NCBI GenBank assembly: GCA_024277355.1 | Contig: JAJRVL010000011.1 | Coordinates: forward strand, 60,001-92,000 | Direction: 5' to 3' | DNA length: 32,000 bases | From: an archaeon | Lineage (GTDB): Archaea; Iainarchaeota; Iainarchaeia; Iainarchaeales; 1-14-0-10-31-34 | Shown: in pieces, positions 1-10,185 of the stretch | How the letters are laid out: every line of letters begins with the position of its first letter | Numbering within the stretch: position 1 is the stretch's first letter | Translations under genes and position numbers: made by a program | Notes under the pieces: generated by a model | Databases searched by the model: none | Seen by the model: only the letters and a program-made list of their open reading frames with translations | Told to the model about the DNA's origin: nothing

Positions 1-609
1 ATCCATCCTGATGCTGAATTATCAGAATTAATTGACCCAAAAAGAGGCATTGACTTAAAGATATTAAGATATTTAGAAGAACTTCCAAAAGAACAGTTTA
101 CTGCATTGCTTTTAGTTGAACCAACAAATTACTCTAAAATAAACTATGAATTATTAAGGCTTTTAATAAACCATACAAAAGGAAAAGGAATATATGTAAC
201 TTTAAATCGTGCTTATGAATTTGTAGAAGAAACACTAAAAAAAGAAAAAATTGATACAGAACAAATAGTTTTCATTGATGCAATAAGCAAAGGAACAGGA
301 AAAAACATTGTATCCAGAGAAAACGTTGAATACATTGAATCCCCAAGAGATTTAACTGCATTAAGTGTAATATTAGATGAAACATACCAGAAAATGACAG
401 AAAAACCAAAATTTATGGTGTTTGATTCAATCAGCACTTTATTGATTTACAATGATGTTTCTTCAGTTGAAAGATTTACTCATTTAATTATAGGAAAATT
501 AAGGGAATGGCGGATGAAAGGAGTATTATTAATGGTTAAATCAGAAGAACACAGAGGAGTAGTTAATTCATTAAGCCAGTTCTGCGACAGAATTCTTGAA
601 ATAATATAA
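1..609 (+). CDS. RecA/KaiC-like ATPase-fold protein, partial at 5' end, no Walker A visible
   Basis: Frame is open from base 1 (IHPDAELSELIDPKRGIDLKILRYLEELPKEQFTALLLVEPTNY...), so the TTG at 106 is probably an internal codon. Walker-B-like 'PKFMVFDSISTLLIYND'. Paralogous to the CDS at 28769. Confidence 0.65.
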   Translation: MHPDAELSELIDPKRGIDLKILRYLEELPKEQFTALLLVEPTNYSKINYELLRLLINHTKGKGIYVTLNRAYEFVEETLKKEKIDTEQIVFIDAISKGTGKNIVSRENVEYIESPRDLTALSVILDETYQKMTEKPKFMVFDSISTLLIYNDVSSVERFTHLIIGKLREWRMKGVLLMVKSEEHRGVVNSLSQFCDRILEII

Positions 610-625
610 AAATCAAAAACAGAAA

Positions 626-1189
626 CTATAAATCAAAAACAAAATTCTTTTTCACTGAATTAAAAGGAAAAGCAGTTAATTCAACAAACAATTTTTTTTC
701 TTTAACTTCAAAGAAAAAATTATAATCCATCATTTTTTTTATATTCATTAAAACAGCATTATCATGCAGTCTTTCATCAATAAAACACACAACTGAATAA
801 TTCAGTTCTTTTGCTTTTCTTGTTTCAAAAAACAAAAAAGAATAAACTGCATTAGAAGGATTAAATGAAAGTAAAGAAGACAAAGAATCAAATAATAAAA
901 TTCCTTTGTTTTCTTTTTTGCCTTGAACTGAATGAATTGAAGAAGAAATTTCAGGAAGAGAAAACCCTTCAATTTCAACTGCTTTTTTTCCAAAACCATA
1001 TTTTGATATAACAAAAAAGTCATCCATTAAAGAAGAATAATTTGATGGATTAAATAAAACTAAAATGTTTTTTTGGTTTTTGTTTTTTTTAAACATTAAT
1101 TCAATTAGTTTTTTTGCCTGAACTGACTTTCCGGAAAACATAATGCTTGAATTAGGCTTTACTCCTAATAAATCAAAAGAAAAATTCAT
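626..1189 (-). CDS. Divergent RecA/KaiC-like protein
   Basis: ORF 626..1204, likely ATG start at 1189 (MNFSFDLLG...). Contains 'GILLFDSLSSLLSFN', resembling the motif in the ORFs at 1 and 28769. Confidence 0.5.
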   Translation of the reverse strand: MNFSFDLLGVKPNSSIMFSGKSVQAKKLIELMFKKNKNQKNILVLFNPSNYSSLMDDFFVISKYGFGKKAVEIEGFSLPEISSSIHSVQGKKENKGILLFDSLSSLLSFNPSNAVYSFLFFETRKAKELNYSVVCFIDERLHDNAVLMNIKKMMDYNFFFEVKEKKLFVELTAFPFNSVKKNFVFDL

Positions 1190-1220
1190 AATAAAAAAAC
1201 ACATTAAGCAAATAAAAGGT

Positions 1221-2528
1221 TTATTGCTTAAAAGAAATAATTTTGCCTGAAAACTCTGAAAGTTTTTCTTTTAAAGAGTCAGTTAAAGATAAAATTTCAT
1301 CTGAAATTTTTTTTGAGTTATTTTGCTGTCTTGCAAGTTCTTTTTCTGAATTCTGCTTTGAATTATTCAAAGAAATTATTTCTTCTTCTAAAGAAGAAAT
1401 TTTACCTGAAATTTCAGATAAACTGATTTTTCTTTCTATTTCATTAAGTGATTTCTCTGTTTCAGAAAATTCATTAAACATTAAATCAAAATTATATTCA
1501 GTTAATTCATTTAAAACAGCTGTTTTTTTTATTTTTTCTTTTTCTTTTAATGAAATTTTTCCTTCAGAAATTAATTCCTGAATATAAGAAAAAATTTTTT
1601 TTAAGATTAATGCATTATTGTCTTTTTTTAATGCAAGAAAAGGATTTGAAAGATAAGCTTCTAAAAGAGATTTTTCTTCTGGTTTAAGCAAAAAATTCTT
1701 TGATTCAGATAACTTGCTTAAAACTTTCATGGATTTTTCAATTGGAAAAAGAAGTTGAATTAATTTTGTTTTAGTTTCCTGTTTTTTATGGATTAAAACG
1801 CTTTTTTCTTCAAAAAAAGATTTCAGTTCTGCTGCTTCAGGAGAAAGTTTTAATGAATCTAATCTTTCCTGTAATTCAGTTATTTTTTTATTTAAATCAT
1901 TATTTCTTTTTTTTATTTCTGTTTCAGATAAAACAGAAGCAGAATTCAATTCATTTTTTTTCTTTAATTCAGTAAATTCTTCTTTTATTTCTGAAAGCAG
2001 TAAAATTTGTTTTTTTGAATCAAATAATTTTTTTAATTCAGTGAAAACTGAATTTAATTCATTTATTTTTTCTCCTAATTTTTTCACTGAATCTTTTAAG
2101 ACAATTCCAGTGTAAGCAATATTTCTTCCAAAAGAATTAATTTCAGATTCAAGTAATTTTAATGAGTTAATACAGTAAGTATTTAATTCAATAAAATCAT
2201 TAGAAGAAACAGGAGTTAACTTTGAAATCAAAGGATTCATTTTACTGATTAATGTTTTCTTGCTTGTCAAAACAATTCTTCTTAATTTAGGGTTTCCTTT
2301 GTCTTCTTCTATTTTTTCTTTTTCTAAGTCATTTAAAATTAAATCTAATTCTCTGATTAAATGCTTGATTTCAGCTAACTTAGAAAAAATTTCTTTTGAA
2401 ATTTCATTGAATTCTTTTAAATAAAATTCCTCTGCAAAAGAAACAGAATTATTTAATTCAATAATTAACTCTTCTTTTTTTGGTTTTATTGCTTCTTTTT
2501 TTCCAAAAATTTTATCTAAAAAACTCAT
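1221..2528 (-). CDS. Long coiled-coil protein of unknown function
   Basis: ORF 1221..2645 with likely ATG at 2528 (MSFLDKIFGKKEAIKP...). Heptad-rich K/E/L/S sequence throughout. Confidence 0.65.
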   Translation of the reverse strand: MSFLDKIFGKKEAIKPKKEELIIELNNSVSFAEEFYLKEFNEISKEIFSKLAEIKHLIRELDLILNDLEKEKIEEDKGNPKLRRIVLTSKKTLISKMNPLISKLTPVSSNDFIELNTYCINSLKLLESEINSFGRNIAYTGIVLKDSVKKLGEKINELNSVFTELKKLFDSKKQILLLSEIKEEFTELKKKNELNSASVLSETEIKKRNNDLNKKITELQERLDSLKLSPEAAELKSFFEEKSVLIHKKQETKTKLIQLLFPIEKSMKVLSKLSESKNFLLKPEEKSLLEAYLSNPFLALKKDNNALILKKIFSYIQELISEGKISLKEKEKIKKTAVLNELTEYNFDLMFNEFSETEKSLNEIERKISLSEISGKISSLEEEIISLNNSKQNSEKELARQQNNSKKISDEILSLTDSLKEKLSEFSGKIISFKQ

Positions 2529-2571
2529 ATAAAAAAATAAAAGATTAGAAAGAATTAAACGGTTATGCAAA

Positions 2572-3009
2572 TTAAATGCTTTTTTCCATTCTAATATGTT
2601 TGATTCCGGTTGGTTTAGTAATAAAATAATCTCCAACTGGAACATAACCTATTTTTTTGTAAAAACCAACTGCATAATCTCTTGCAATAACAAAAATTTT
2701 GTTCTTATTTTTTTCTTTTGCTTTTTTATGCAGAAATTCAATTAATTTTGAACCAATTCCTTTTCTTTCATGGTCTACATCAGTTAAAATTTTGTCAATT
2801 TCCGCTGAATTGTCTTTGTAAACAGTTAATCTTGCAGTTCCAACAATTTTTTTTAATTCATCATCAAAAGCAATAACAAATTCACTTAAAGATTCTTTTC
2901 CGTCTTTTTCACTTCCTTTAGGCAAACCCAAAGGTTTGCGCAGCATTTTCCACATTAACAAAAACATTTCTTCAAATTCATTTTTTTCAGGAGTTCTTAT
3001 TTCAATCAT
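2572..3009 (-). CDS. GNAT-family N-acetyltransferase
   Basis: 'TVYKDNSAEIDKILTDVDHERKGIGSKLIEFLHKKAKEKNKNKIFVIARDYAVGFYKKIGYVPVG' matches the acetyl-CoA-binding and C-terminal GNAT pattern. Confidence 0.85.
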   Translation of the reverse strand: MIEIRTPEKNEFEEMFLLMWKMLRKPLGLPKGSEKDGKESLSEFVIAFDDELKKIVGTARLTVYKDNSAEIDKILTDVDHERKGIGSKLIEFLHKKAKEKNKNKIFVIARDYAVGFYKKIGYVPVGDYFITKPTGIKHIRMEKSI

Positions 3010-3025
3010 GTTTTCAACAAAAAAA

Positions 3026-3349
3026 TTAAATTTTATTTAACTTAAACAATTCTGCAAAAATATCTGCTAAAATTTTAGTTTTGGCATATTGAACAGTAAA
3101 ACGGGCTTTTTTAAGTGCATTTGCCTGCTTCTGCAAAAACTCATAAAAAAAAGTTAATTGACGGTTATTTTTCTGCATCTTTACTGGAATTGACTTAAAA
3201 ACCAATTCACTTAATTGATTTTTTACTGCTTGTCTTTGTTTTCCTCCTTCCATTGTAATATAAGTAGCTAACAAAGACTTTTTTGAAGTCAAAGAAAGTC
3301 TTTTAGTTAAATTGCGAAAAATTTCTTTATTTCTTAATTCAGCACGCAT
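3026..3349 (-). CDS. Conserved-looking basic hypothetical protein
   Basis: 107-aa ORF co-directional with its neighbours; no family recognised. Confidence 0.45.
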   Translation of the reverse strand: MRAELRNKEIFRNLTKRLSLTSKKSLLATYITMEGGKQRQAVKNQLSELVFKSIPVKMQKNNRQLTFFYEFLQKQANALKKARFTVQYAKTKILADIFAELFKLNKI

Positions 3350-3512
3350 TTGAACTTGTTTTTCAACTGAAATTTTAATTATTGGCTTTATTTTTTTAGT
3401 TTTCGCTTTCTTTTTTTAACTCCAATTATAGGTTTACTTCTTTTAAGCATATAATACTTATAAATTTCAGGCTTTAAAAAATTAACATAAAAAGGTTAAG
3501 CCTTAAGAAACA

Positions 3513-4925
3513 ATGAAAAAAATAGTTTTTATGGACTTTGAAGAACTAAAAAAAAGAAACCAGTTAATAGCAGAAGAAATCAAAAAAAGAAATAATTTTG
3601 TTATAGTTAACCATCATGATGCAGATGGATTATGTTCCGGAGCAATAATTGCAAAAGCATTAGAAAGAGAAAACAAAAAATTCAATCAGATTACAGCAAA
3701 ACAACTTTATTCTGATACAATAAGAGAAATTAAAAATTCAGGAGAAAACTATATTTTTGTTGACTTTGGTTCAGGCCAATTAAATTTGCTTGAAGAAATG
3801 CTTGAAAAAAACTATTTTGTAATAGACCACCATCAGCCAGTAAAATCTGATTACTTATTTCATTCAAATCCTTTTTTGTTTGGGTTTGACGGAGGCAAAG
3901 AAGTTTCAGGAGCAGGAATGACTTATTTTTTAGCAAAAGAATTAAATGAAAAAAACAAGGATTTAAGTGCATTAGCAATTGTTGGAGCAGTAGGAGACAT
4001 GCAGGATTATGAAGGCGAATTAACCGGATTAAACCGAAAAATTTTAGCTGATGCAGAAGAAATGAAATTAATAAAAAAAGAAAAAGATTTGAGGTTATAT
4101 GGAAAAATTTCAAGGCCTTTAACTCAGTTTCTTTCTTTTTCTTCTAATCCAATTTTTCCCGGCTTAGCAGCAAATGACAAAGCATGCGTTGACTTTATTT
4201 TAAATTCAGGAATTGAATTAAAAGAAAAAAATGCATGGAAAACTTATTCAGATTTAACTAAAGAAGAAAAAAAAACTTTTACTTCAAATTTAATTGTTTA
4301 TTCAATTGAAAATGGTTTCAGTGAATGGAAAGCACAAAATATTATTGGAGAAACATACACTTTACTGAAAGAAAACCCAAAAAGCCCTTTAAGAGATGCA
4401 AAAGAGTTTGCTACACTTCTTAATTCCTGCGGAAGACACGGAGAAGCACATATAGGCTTAAAAGTCTGCATGGGAGACAGAATCAACGCATACCAAAATG
4501 CAATGGAATTATTATTAGAACATAAAAGACAGTTAAGAGCAGGAATTGAATGGGTTCATGAACAGGGATTAACAGAAGAAAAAGCATTTTATTTTTTTGA
4601 TGCAGAAGAAAACATAAAAGAAGAAATTGTAGGAATAATTGCAGGAATGCTTTATGGTTCAAATTTAGTTAGCCAAAAAAAACCAATAATTGCTTTTGCA
4701 AGACAAAAAGACGGATTAATTAAAGTTAGTGCAAGAGCAACAGATGATTTAATTAGAAAAGGATTAAATTTAGGAAAAATTTTAAGAGAAACCTGCATGG
4801 AATTAGGTTCTGATGCAGAAGGCGGAGGCCATAAAATTGCAGCAGGATGCAGAATTAATTTATGGCAGCAGAATTCATTTAAAGAAAAATTAAATAAAAA
4901 AATAGCTGACAGCATTAAAATCTGA
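3513..4925 (+). CDS. DHH-family phosphoesterase (archaeal RecJ-like)
   Basis: 'FVIVNHHDADGLCSGAIIAKAL', 'YIFVDFGSG', 'YFVIDHHQPV' and DHHA1-like 'GSDAEGGGHKIAAGC'. Confidence 0.85.
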   Translation: MKKIVFMDFEELKKRNQLIAEEIKKRNNFVIVNHHDADGLCSGAIIAKALERENKKFNQITAKQLYSDTIREIKNSGENYIFVDFGSGQLNLLEEMLEKNYFVIDHHQPVKSDYLFHSNPFLFGFDGGKEVSGAGMTYFLAKELNEKNKDLSALAIVGAVGDMQDYEGELTGLNRKILADAEEMKLIKKEKDLRLYGKISRPLTQFLSFSSNPIFPGLAANDKACVDFILNSGIELKEKNAWKTYSDLTKEEKKTFTSNLIVYSIENGFSEWKAQNIIGETYTLLKENPKSPLRDAKEFATLLNSCGRHGEAHIGLKVCMGDRINAYQNAMELLLEHKRQLRAGIEWVHEQGLTEEKAFYFFDAEENIKEEIVGIIAGMLYGSNLVSQKKPIIAFARQKDGLIKVSARATDDLIRKGLNLGKILRETCMELGSDAEGGGHKIAAGCRINLWQQNSFKEKLNKKIADSIKI

Positions 4926-4966
4926 AAAAGGAAAAGCAAATAAATGTCTAATGCTTAAATAATTTA

Positions 4967-6216
4967 ATGCCAAAAAGAAAATATACTCCTGGACCAAAAA
5001 AAATTACTGTTCAAAAAAAATAATAACAGAAACAGAATACTGGAAATTAATTAAACAGGGAAAAAGAATTCCTGCAGGAGCAGAAGTAAAACCAAGAAAA
5101 GTCGGAGAAACAACTTTAGGAAAATTAAAAATAAGGTTTCATGCGGACGGTTCAATTGAAATTCCAAAATATACAGGAAAAGAAGGCAAACTAAAAAAAA
5201 GCACGCTTAGAACAAAAACAATTCCAGAAGGAGTAAGACTAATTTATCATCAAATAGAATCAGTTAAAACAAGAATTGGACAGGCAAAAGAAATTTCAAA
5301 TACAGTTTCAAGAATGCATTATGACTTAGAACATCAATGGAAAAAATTCAATCCCGCACAAAAAAAATCTTATACAAAATATCTAACAGAGCTGCTTGGA
5401 AAATTAACAAAAAACCCGCTTTTATTAAAAGAAGAAAACAAAATTCGTGCAGTTCAAAGATTTAACAATGCAAAGCAATTATTAGAAAAAGGAAATTTCC
5501 CTGCTGCTTCAGCTGTTTTAAGAGGAATAGAAAATGATATGCAGAACTGGTTAAGAAAAATGAAACTGCAAAGCACAAGACTTGAAAGAAGAAGAAGTTT
5601 AGTTGTGGATAAAAAATTCCAGAAAGATGAAAGAATTTTTTCTGCATTAGATTCAATGATTAATGTGTTTAATCAGTTAAGACAGGGAATTGAACCAAGA
5701 GCAAGGCAAAGGGTTGCTGGAACTCTTTCTTCAATTAAAAGAAAATTGTTTGCAACAGGGTTGTCAAAATTTAAAAGTGCAGGAATAATTATTGAAAAAG
5801 CAGCTGAATTAGTTAAAAAAGGAGAAATAACAAAAGCAAGAAGTTATATAAAAAATGCAAACAAAAAAACAGTTGCTGCTGCTTCAGAGATTTCTTCTAT
5901 TTATCCTGATAAATTGATGAGAATTGGAAAAAGCACAGATTTAAAATTTAAAACAACCGTTTTAGCAAATCAAACTTTATTGTTTCACGATATGATGAGT
6001 TTATGGTGGATTCCAAAAAACAAGGCAAAAAAAAAATTAATTTTAGAAACAATAACAGAACTTTCATCTTTAGCTGAAAGCACAGGAAAAAAAGAAGTAA
6101 GCAGAATTATTTTAAATGCAAAAATACAATTAACAGAAAATAAAATACAGGTATTTACTGAACTGTTTGAAAAAGCTTTAAATAAATTAGAATCAAAAAA
6201 ACAGAAACACAAATAA
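4967..6216 (+). CDS. Hypothetical protein with an apparent frame break near the N-terminus
   Basis: ATG at 4967 reads MPKRKYTPGPKKITVQKK then stops at TAA 5021. The next frame continues IITETEYWKLIKQGKRIPAGAEVKPRK... into the tracked ORF (5314..6216). The break is at an A8 run (5013-5020). Confidence 0.6.
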
Positions 6217-6238
6217 ACTTTTAATGCTTAATTTATTT

Positions 6239-6796
6239 ATGCCGAGAATTCCCATTAAAAAAAGAAGAATTGTTCCTGCAAAAAAATCTGGAAAAATCCT
6301 GATTAGCGGAAACAAAGGAACTGAATATTTAAATAAATATACTTCTGCAAGGCTTACAAAACAAACTAAAAATACTTTAATAAAACTTGCAAAAAGAAAA
6401 CCTAAATTATTTGAACAAAAATATTCAAAAACAAGATTAAATTATCAGGCACTTTTTGCCAGAACAATAAAAACATTAAAAAAACACGGAATTGAAGTGG
6501 ACTTTAAAGAATTAAAACACGAAGATGAAATTACCTGGGGGCATAACCACAGGCATATTAGAGGAATTTATACTAAAACAGCTGAAAAACAAAAAGTCCA
6601 AATGTGGAAGACTGCTGAAAAAATAATGAAAAACGCTGAAAAACAAATAGTGGTGGCTGAATTATATTTGAAAACATTTTTAGAGATTGCAAAAAGCAAT
6701 GGAACAACACTTCAGGAATTTCCATCAGATATTGAATCAGGATTTAAAATAATTTCAAAGTATATTAGAAAACAAGGAGAAACTCTTATTTACTAA
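6239..6796 (+). CDS. Basic hypothetical protein
   Basis: ORF 6224..6796. Likely ATG at 6239 (MPRIPIKKRRIVPAKKSGK...). Confidence 0.5.
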   Translation: MPRIPIKKRRIVPAKKSGKILISGNKGTEYLNKYTSARLTKQTKNTLIKLAKRKPKLFEQKYSKTRLNYQALFARTIKTLKKHGIEVDFKELKHEDEITWGHNHRHIRGIYTKTAEKQKVQMWKTAEKIMKNAEKQIVVAELYLKTFLEIAKSNGTTLQEFPSDIESGFKIISKYIRKQGETLIY

Positions 6797-6844
6797 AAAC
6801 CTAAATAAATAAATTTAAATCAAGTTAATTTCTAATTGAAAAAG

Positions 6845-8689
6845 ATGTATTTAATTAAAGAAAACAAAGACAAAAAATATTTGGTTTTATCAGGGAATAA
6901 AGGATTTTATTTAAGGTATTTAGATAATGGATTTAAAACTAAATGGACTGGTTTATGGAAAGATTCAGTGAAATATTTAGAATATTTTGCAGTCAAAGGC
7001 TTAGAAGAAGAAAAATGCATTAAAACAGAATACACTTATGGAAAAGCAGTTTATTATTACAAAGGAATAACAGAAACAAACTTAATTCCAAAAAACAAAA
7101 CAGGTTTATACATAAAACTTGAGTTTGGGAAAGAAAAACAAACTGAAATAGAATTAGCTTTAAATATAAGAAAAAGAGAAGAAAATTTAACTAAAAGAAA
7201 ATATAAAATAAAATTTAATAAAAAGAAAAAAGAAATAAAAATTTCAAATGAATTAAGTGCATTAACTTTTTTTTTAATTAAAGGAGAACTTAATTTTCAA
7301 GAACAATCTTATGAAAAAATTCATTTTCCTTCAGATGAAAAACAAAACTGCTTTATTCCCGGAAAAATTTCAGTTAAAGGAAAAGAAATAATTTTTGGGT
7401 TAATCCCAGAAAAAGAAAAAAAATTAAATAAACGAGAAATAGAAAAAGAACTGAAAAAACAAAAAATTCAAAACAAGAAAACTGAAGAATTAATTAAATG
7501 CAGTTCAAAAGAAATAGAAAAAGGATTTATTAATTCAGTTAAGGCAGTTGAACTGCTTGAAAACAACGGGAATTTTTTTGCTGGTTATCCCTGGTTTCTG
7601 CAGTATTGGGGAAGAGATAATTTATGGAGTTTAAATGCATTAATTTCAGCAGGCAAATTTGAATTAACTGAAAAAGTTTTATTGTATTTCTGGAAAAAAA
7701 ACAGTAACGGAAAAATACCAAACTTTATTGACGGCAAAAAAGTGTTATTTAATTCAATTGATGCTTCATTGTTATTTTTAATTTCCCTGCAGAATTATGT
7801 TTTTGCTTCAGGAAACAAAAAAATTTTAAAGAAAATTAAATACACTGAAGTGTTGGATTTTCTTAAATCAAGAGAAGAAAACAAATTGATTTTTCATGAA
7901 GGAAATGAAACATGGATGGATTCAATTGAAAGAAAAGGAAAAGCAATTGAAATTCAAGCACTATATCTTAAAGCACTACATTGTGCAAGGAATTTAATGA
8001 AATTAGAAGGAAAAGAAAAAGAAGTTCATTTAACTGAAAAAAAAGCTGTTAACTTAAACAGGAAAATAATTGAAGAATTTGAAGTTAACGGAGTTTACAG
8101 GGATTTAGTTAATGAAAAAAATGAATTCATTAAAACATGCAATCCTTTGGTTTATTTAATGGGAAAGAAAGCAGAAGAAAAAGAAATTGCTTTATTTGAA
8201 TCAGAAGAATTTAATGGACTAAAAGGAATTTTAACAAGAAGCAAAAAAGAACAGGGATTTGATTCAGAAGGATATCACACAGGATTAAGCTGGAGTTTAA
8301 TTAACGGCTGGATGAGTTGTGTTGAATTTAAAGCCGAAAAAACAAAAAAAGGATTGTTTTATCTACAAAAATTAATTGAAGATTTAAATCAAGATTGTAT
8401 TGGAGGAATAGGGGAATGCTGGTCTCTTGATGGAAAACTAAAAGGGTGCGGAATGCAGTTATGGGGAAATGCTTTTGTAATTAAAATTATCGATGAATTT
8501 ATGCTAGGAATAAAAATAAATGAATTTGAAAAAAAAGTTTTTTTAAAACCGCAATTGCCTGAAAAAATTAATTTAATTAAAAGAAAAATAAGAATTGGAA
8601 ATACTTGGTTTGAACTTATTGTTGAAAGAAAAAAAAGAAAGGTTTCAGCTAAAACAGACAACAAGAAAATTAAAATTGAATTTTATTGA
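6845..8689 (+). CDS. Glycogen debranching enzyme-like amylo-alpha-1,6-glucosidase (GDE C-terminal type)
   Basis: 'FFAGYPWFLQYWGRDNLWSLNALISAGKFELTEKVLLYFW...GKIPNFIDG' and 'GNETWMDSIERKGKAIEIQALYLKAL'. ATG at 6845; the tracked start is TTG 6836. Confidence 0.8.
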   Translation: MYLIKENKDKKYLVLSGNKGFYLRYLDNGFKTKWTGLWKDSVKYLEYFAVKGLEEEKCIKTEYTYGKAVYYYKGITETNLIPKNKTGLYIKLEFGKEKQTEIELALNIRKREENLTKRKYKIKFNKKKKEIKISNELSALTFFLIKGELNFQEQSYEKIHFPSDEKQNCFIPGKISVKGKEIIFGLIPEKEKKLNKREIEKELKKQKIQNKKTEELIKCSSKEIEKGFINSVKAVELLENNGNFFAGYPWFLQYWGRDNLWSLNALISAGKFELTEKVLLYFWKKNSNGKIPNFIDGKKVLFNSIDASLLFLISLQNYVFASGNKKILKKIKYTEVLDFLKSREENKLIFHEGNETWMDSIERKGKAIEIQALYLKALHCARNLMKLEGKEKEVHLTEKKAVNLNRKIIEEFEVNGVYRDLVNEKNEFIKTCNPLVYLMGKKAEEKEIALFESEEFNGLKGILTRSKKEQGFDSEGYHTGLSWSLINGWMSCVEFKAEKTKKGLFYLQKLIEDLNQDCIGGIGECWSLDGKLKGCGMQLWGNAFVIKIIDEFMLGIKINEFEKKVFLKPQLPEKINLIKRKIRIGNTWFELIVERKKRKVSAKTDNKKIKIEFY

Positions 8690-8774
8690 AAAAAAATAAT
8701 AGAAATAAAATTGCATTAATCAAAAAAAAGTTAATTAAAATAAAGTGAAATAAAAAAAAGTTAAAGTAATTTTT

Positions 8775-10142
8775 CTAAAAATCAATTTTAACGCAGTCAA
8801 ATTCATTTAGTTTCTGCCTGAATTTAGATTTAATTTCCTCTAATTCGTTTTGAGTTTTTGCTTCAAATCTTAATACTAAAACAGGCTGAGTGTTTGATGC
8901 ACGAACTAAACCCCATCCATTATCAAATAAAACTCTTGCTCCGTCAATGTCAATTACTTTATGATTTTTCTTAAAGTATTCTCCTACTATTTTAACTACT
9001 TCAAATTTTTTTTCATCTGAACAATCTACTCTGATTTCAGGAGAAGAAAAATATTTTGGGGCATCAGATAATAATTCAGATAATTTTTTATCTGAATTTG
9101 AAAGAATTCTTAAAATTCTTGCTGAAGCATAAATTGCATCATCAAAACCAAAAAATTCATCTCTGAAAAACATATGCCCTGACATTTCTCCTGCAATTAA
9201 AGCATGTTCTTCAATCATTTTTGCTTCAATAATACTGTGCCCAGTTGGAGATAAAATTGGAATTCCATTATGGTTTTTGATGTCTTCAATTAAAGCCTGA
9301 GAGCATTTAACTTCAACTAAAATTTTTGATTCAGGTTTTTTTGCTAATAATTCCCTTGAAAATAAAATCAATAACTGGTCTCCCCATAAAATTACTCCTT
9401 TGTCATCAACTACTCCAATTCTATCTGCATCTCCATCTAATGCAATTCCAATATCTGCATTAGAATCTTTTACTTTTTTAATTAAGTCAGTTAAAGTTTC
9501 AGGCAAAGTTGGATCAGGATGATGATTAGGAAAAGTGCCGTCAGAAACACAATATAATTCCTGTAATTCAACTCCTAAACTGTTTAAGATTTTTGGAGCA
9601 ATAACAGATCCTACTCCATTACCACAGTCTAAAACTACTTTTAATTTTTTATTTAAAGAAACTTTTTCTTTAATCATTTCAGCATAAATATCTAAAATTT
9701 CTGTTTTTTTTATGCTTCCTTCTCCTTTAAGAAATTCATCTTTTTCCATTAAATGCATTATTTTCTGGATTTCTTCTCCAAAAATTGCATGGTTTTCTTT
9801 GGAAATCTTAAAACCGTTAAATTCAGATGGGTTATGTGAACCTGTAATCATTACTCCTCCTGAAGCCTTAAAATGCACTACAGAAAAATAATAAGCAGGA
9901 GTAGGAACTAAACCTACATCAATTACATCAATTCCAGTTGAAACTAATCCACGAATTAAATGCTTTGAATAAGAAGGAGAAGAAGGCCTGTTATCATAAC
10001 CTACAACAGCTGATTTTCCTCCGCTTTTAATTATATAAGTTCCTACAGCTTTACCTAAAGCTTCAGCAAAATCCCCATTTAAATCTTTATTGACTAAACC
10101 TCTGATATCATATTGCCTGAAAATATTCTGATTAACTTTCAT
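8775..10142 (-). CDS. Phosphomannomutase/phosphoglucomutase
   Basis: 'FRQYDIRGLVNKDL', catalytic 'GGVMITGSHNPSEFNGFKI' and metal-binding 'GIALDGDADRIGVVDDKG'. Confidence 0.95.
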   Translation of the reverse strand: MKVNQNIFRQYDIRGLVNKDLNGDFAEALGKAVGTYIIKSGGKSAVVGYDNRPSSPSYSKHLIRGLVSTGIDVIDVGLVPTPAYYFSVVHFKASGGVMITGSHNPSEFNGFKISKENHAIFGEEIQKIMHLMEKDEFLKGEGSIKKTEILDIYAEMIKEKVSLNKKLKVVLDCGNGVGSVIAPKILNSLGVELQELYCVSDGTFPNHHPDPTLPETLTDLIKKVKDSNADIGIALDGDADRIGVVDDKGVILWGDQLLILFSRELLAKKPESKILVEVKCSQALIEDIKNHNGIPILSPTGHSIIEAKMIEEHALIAGEMSGHMFFRDEFFGFDDAIYASARILRILSNSDKKLSELLSDAPKYFSSPEIRVDCSDEKKFEVVKIVGEYFKKNHKVIDIDGARVLFDNGWGLVRASNTQPVLVLRFEAKTQNELEEIKSKFRQKLNEFDCVKIDF

Positions 10143-10185
10143 TCAAAACCAATAGAAATATAAAAACCAAAGCATTAAAGACATT

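Noticed and set aside
1243-1581. 112-aa plus-strand ORF opposite the coiled-coil gene
   Set aside because: Ser/Phe-rich complement of Glu/Lys-rich codons; the minus-strand ORF is far longer.
8690-8774. Repeated AAAAAAAAGTTAA in the gap after the debranching enzyme gene
   Set aside because: Short and consistent with low-complexity A-rich sequence; on the minus strand it gives T-runs but no stable stem.
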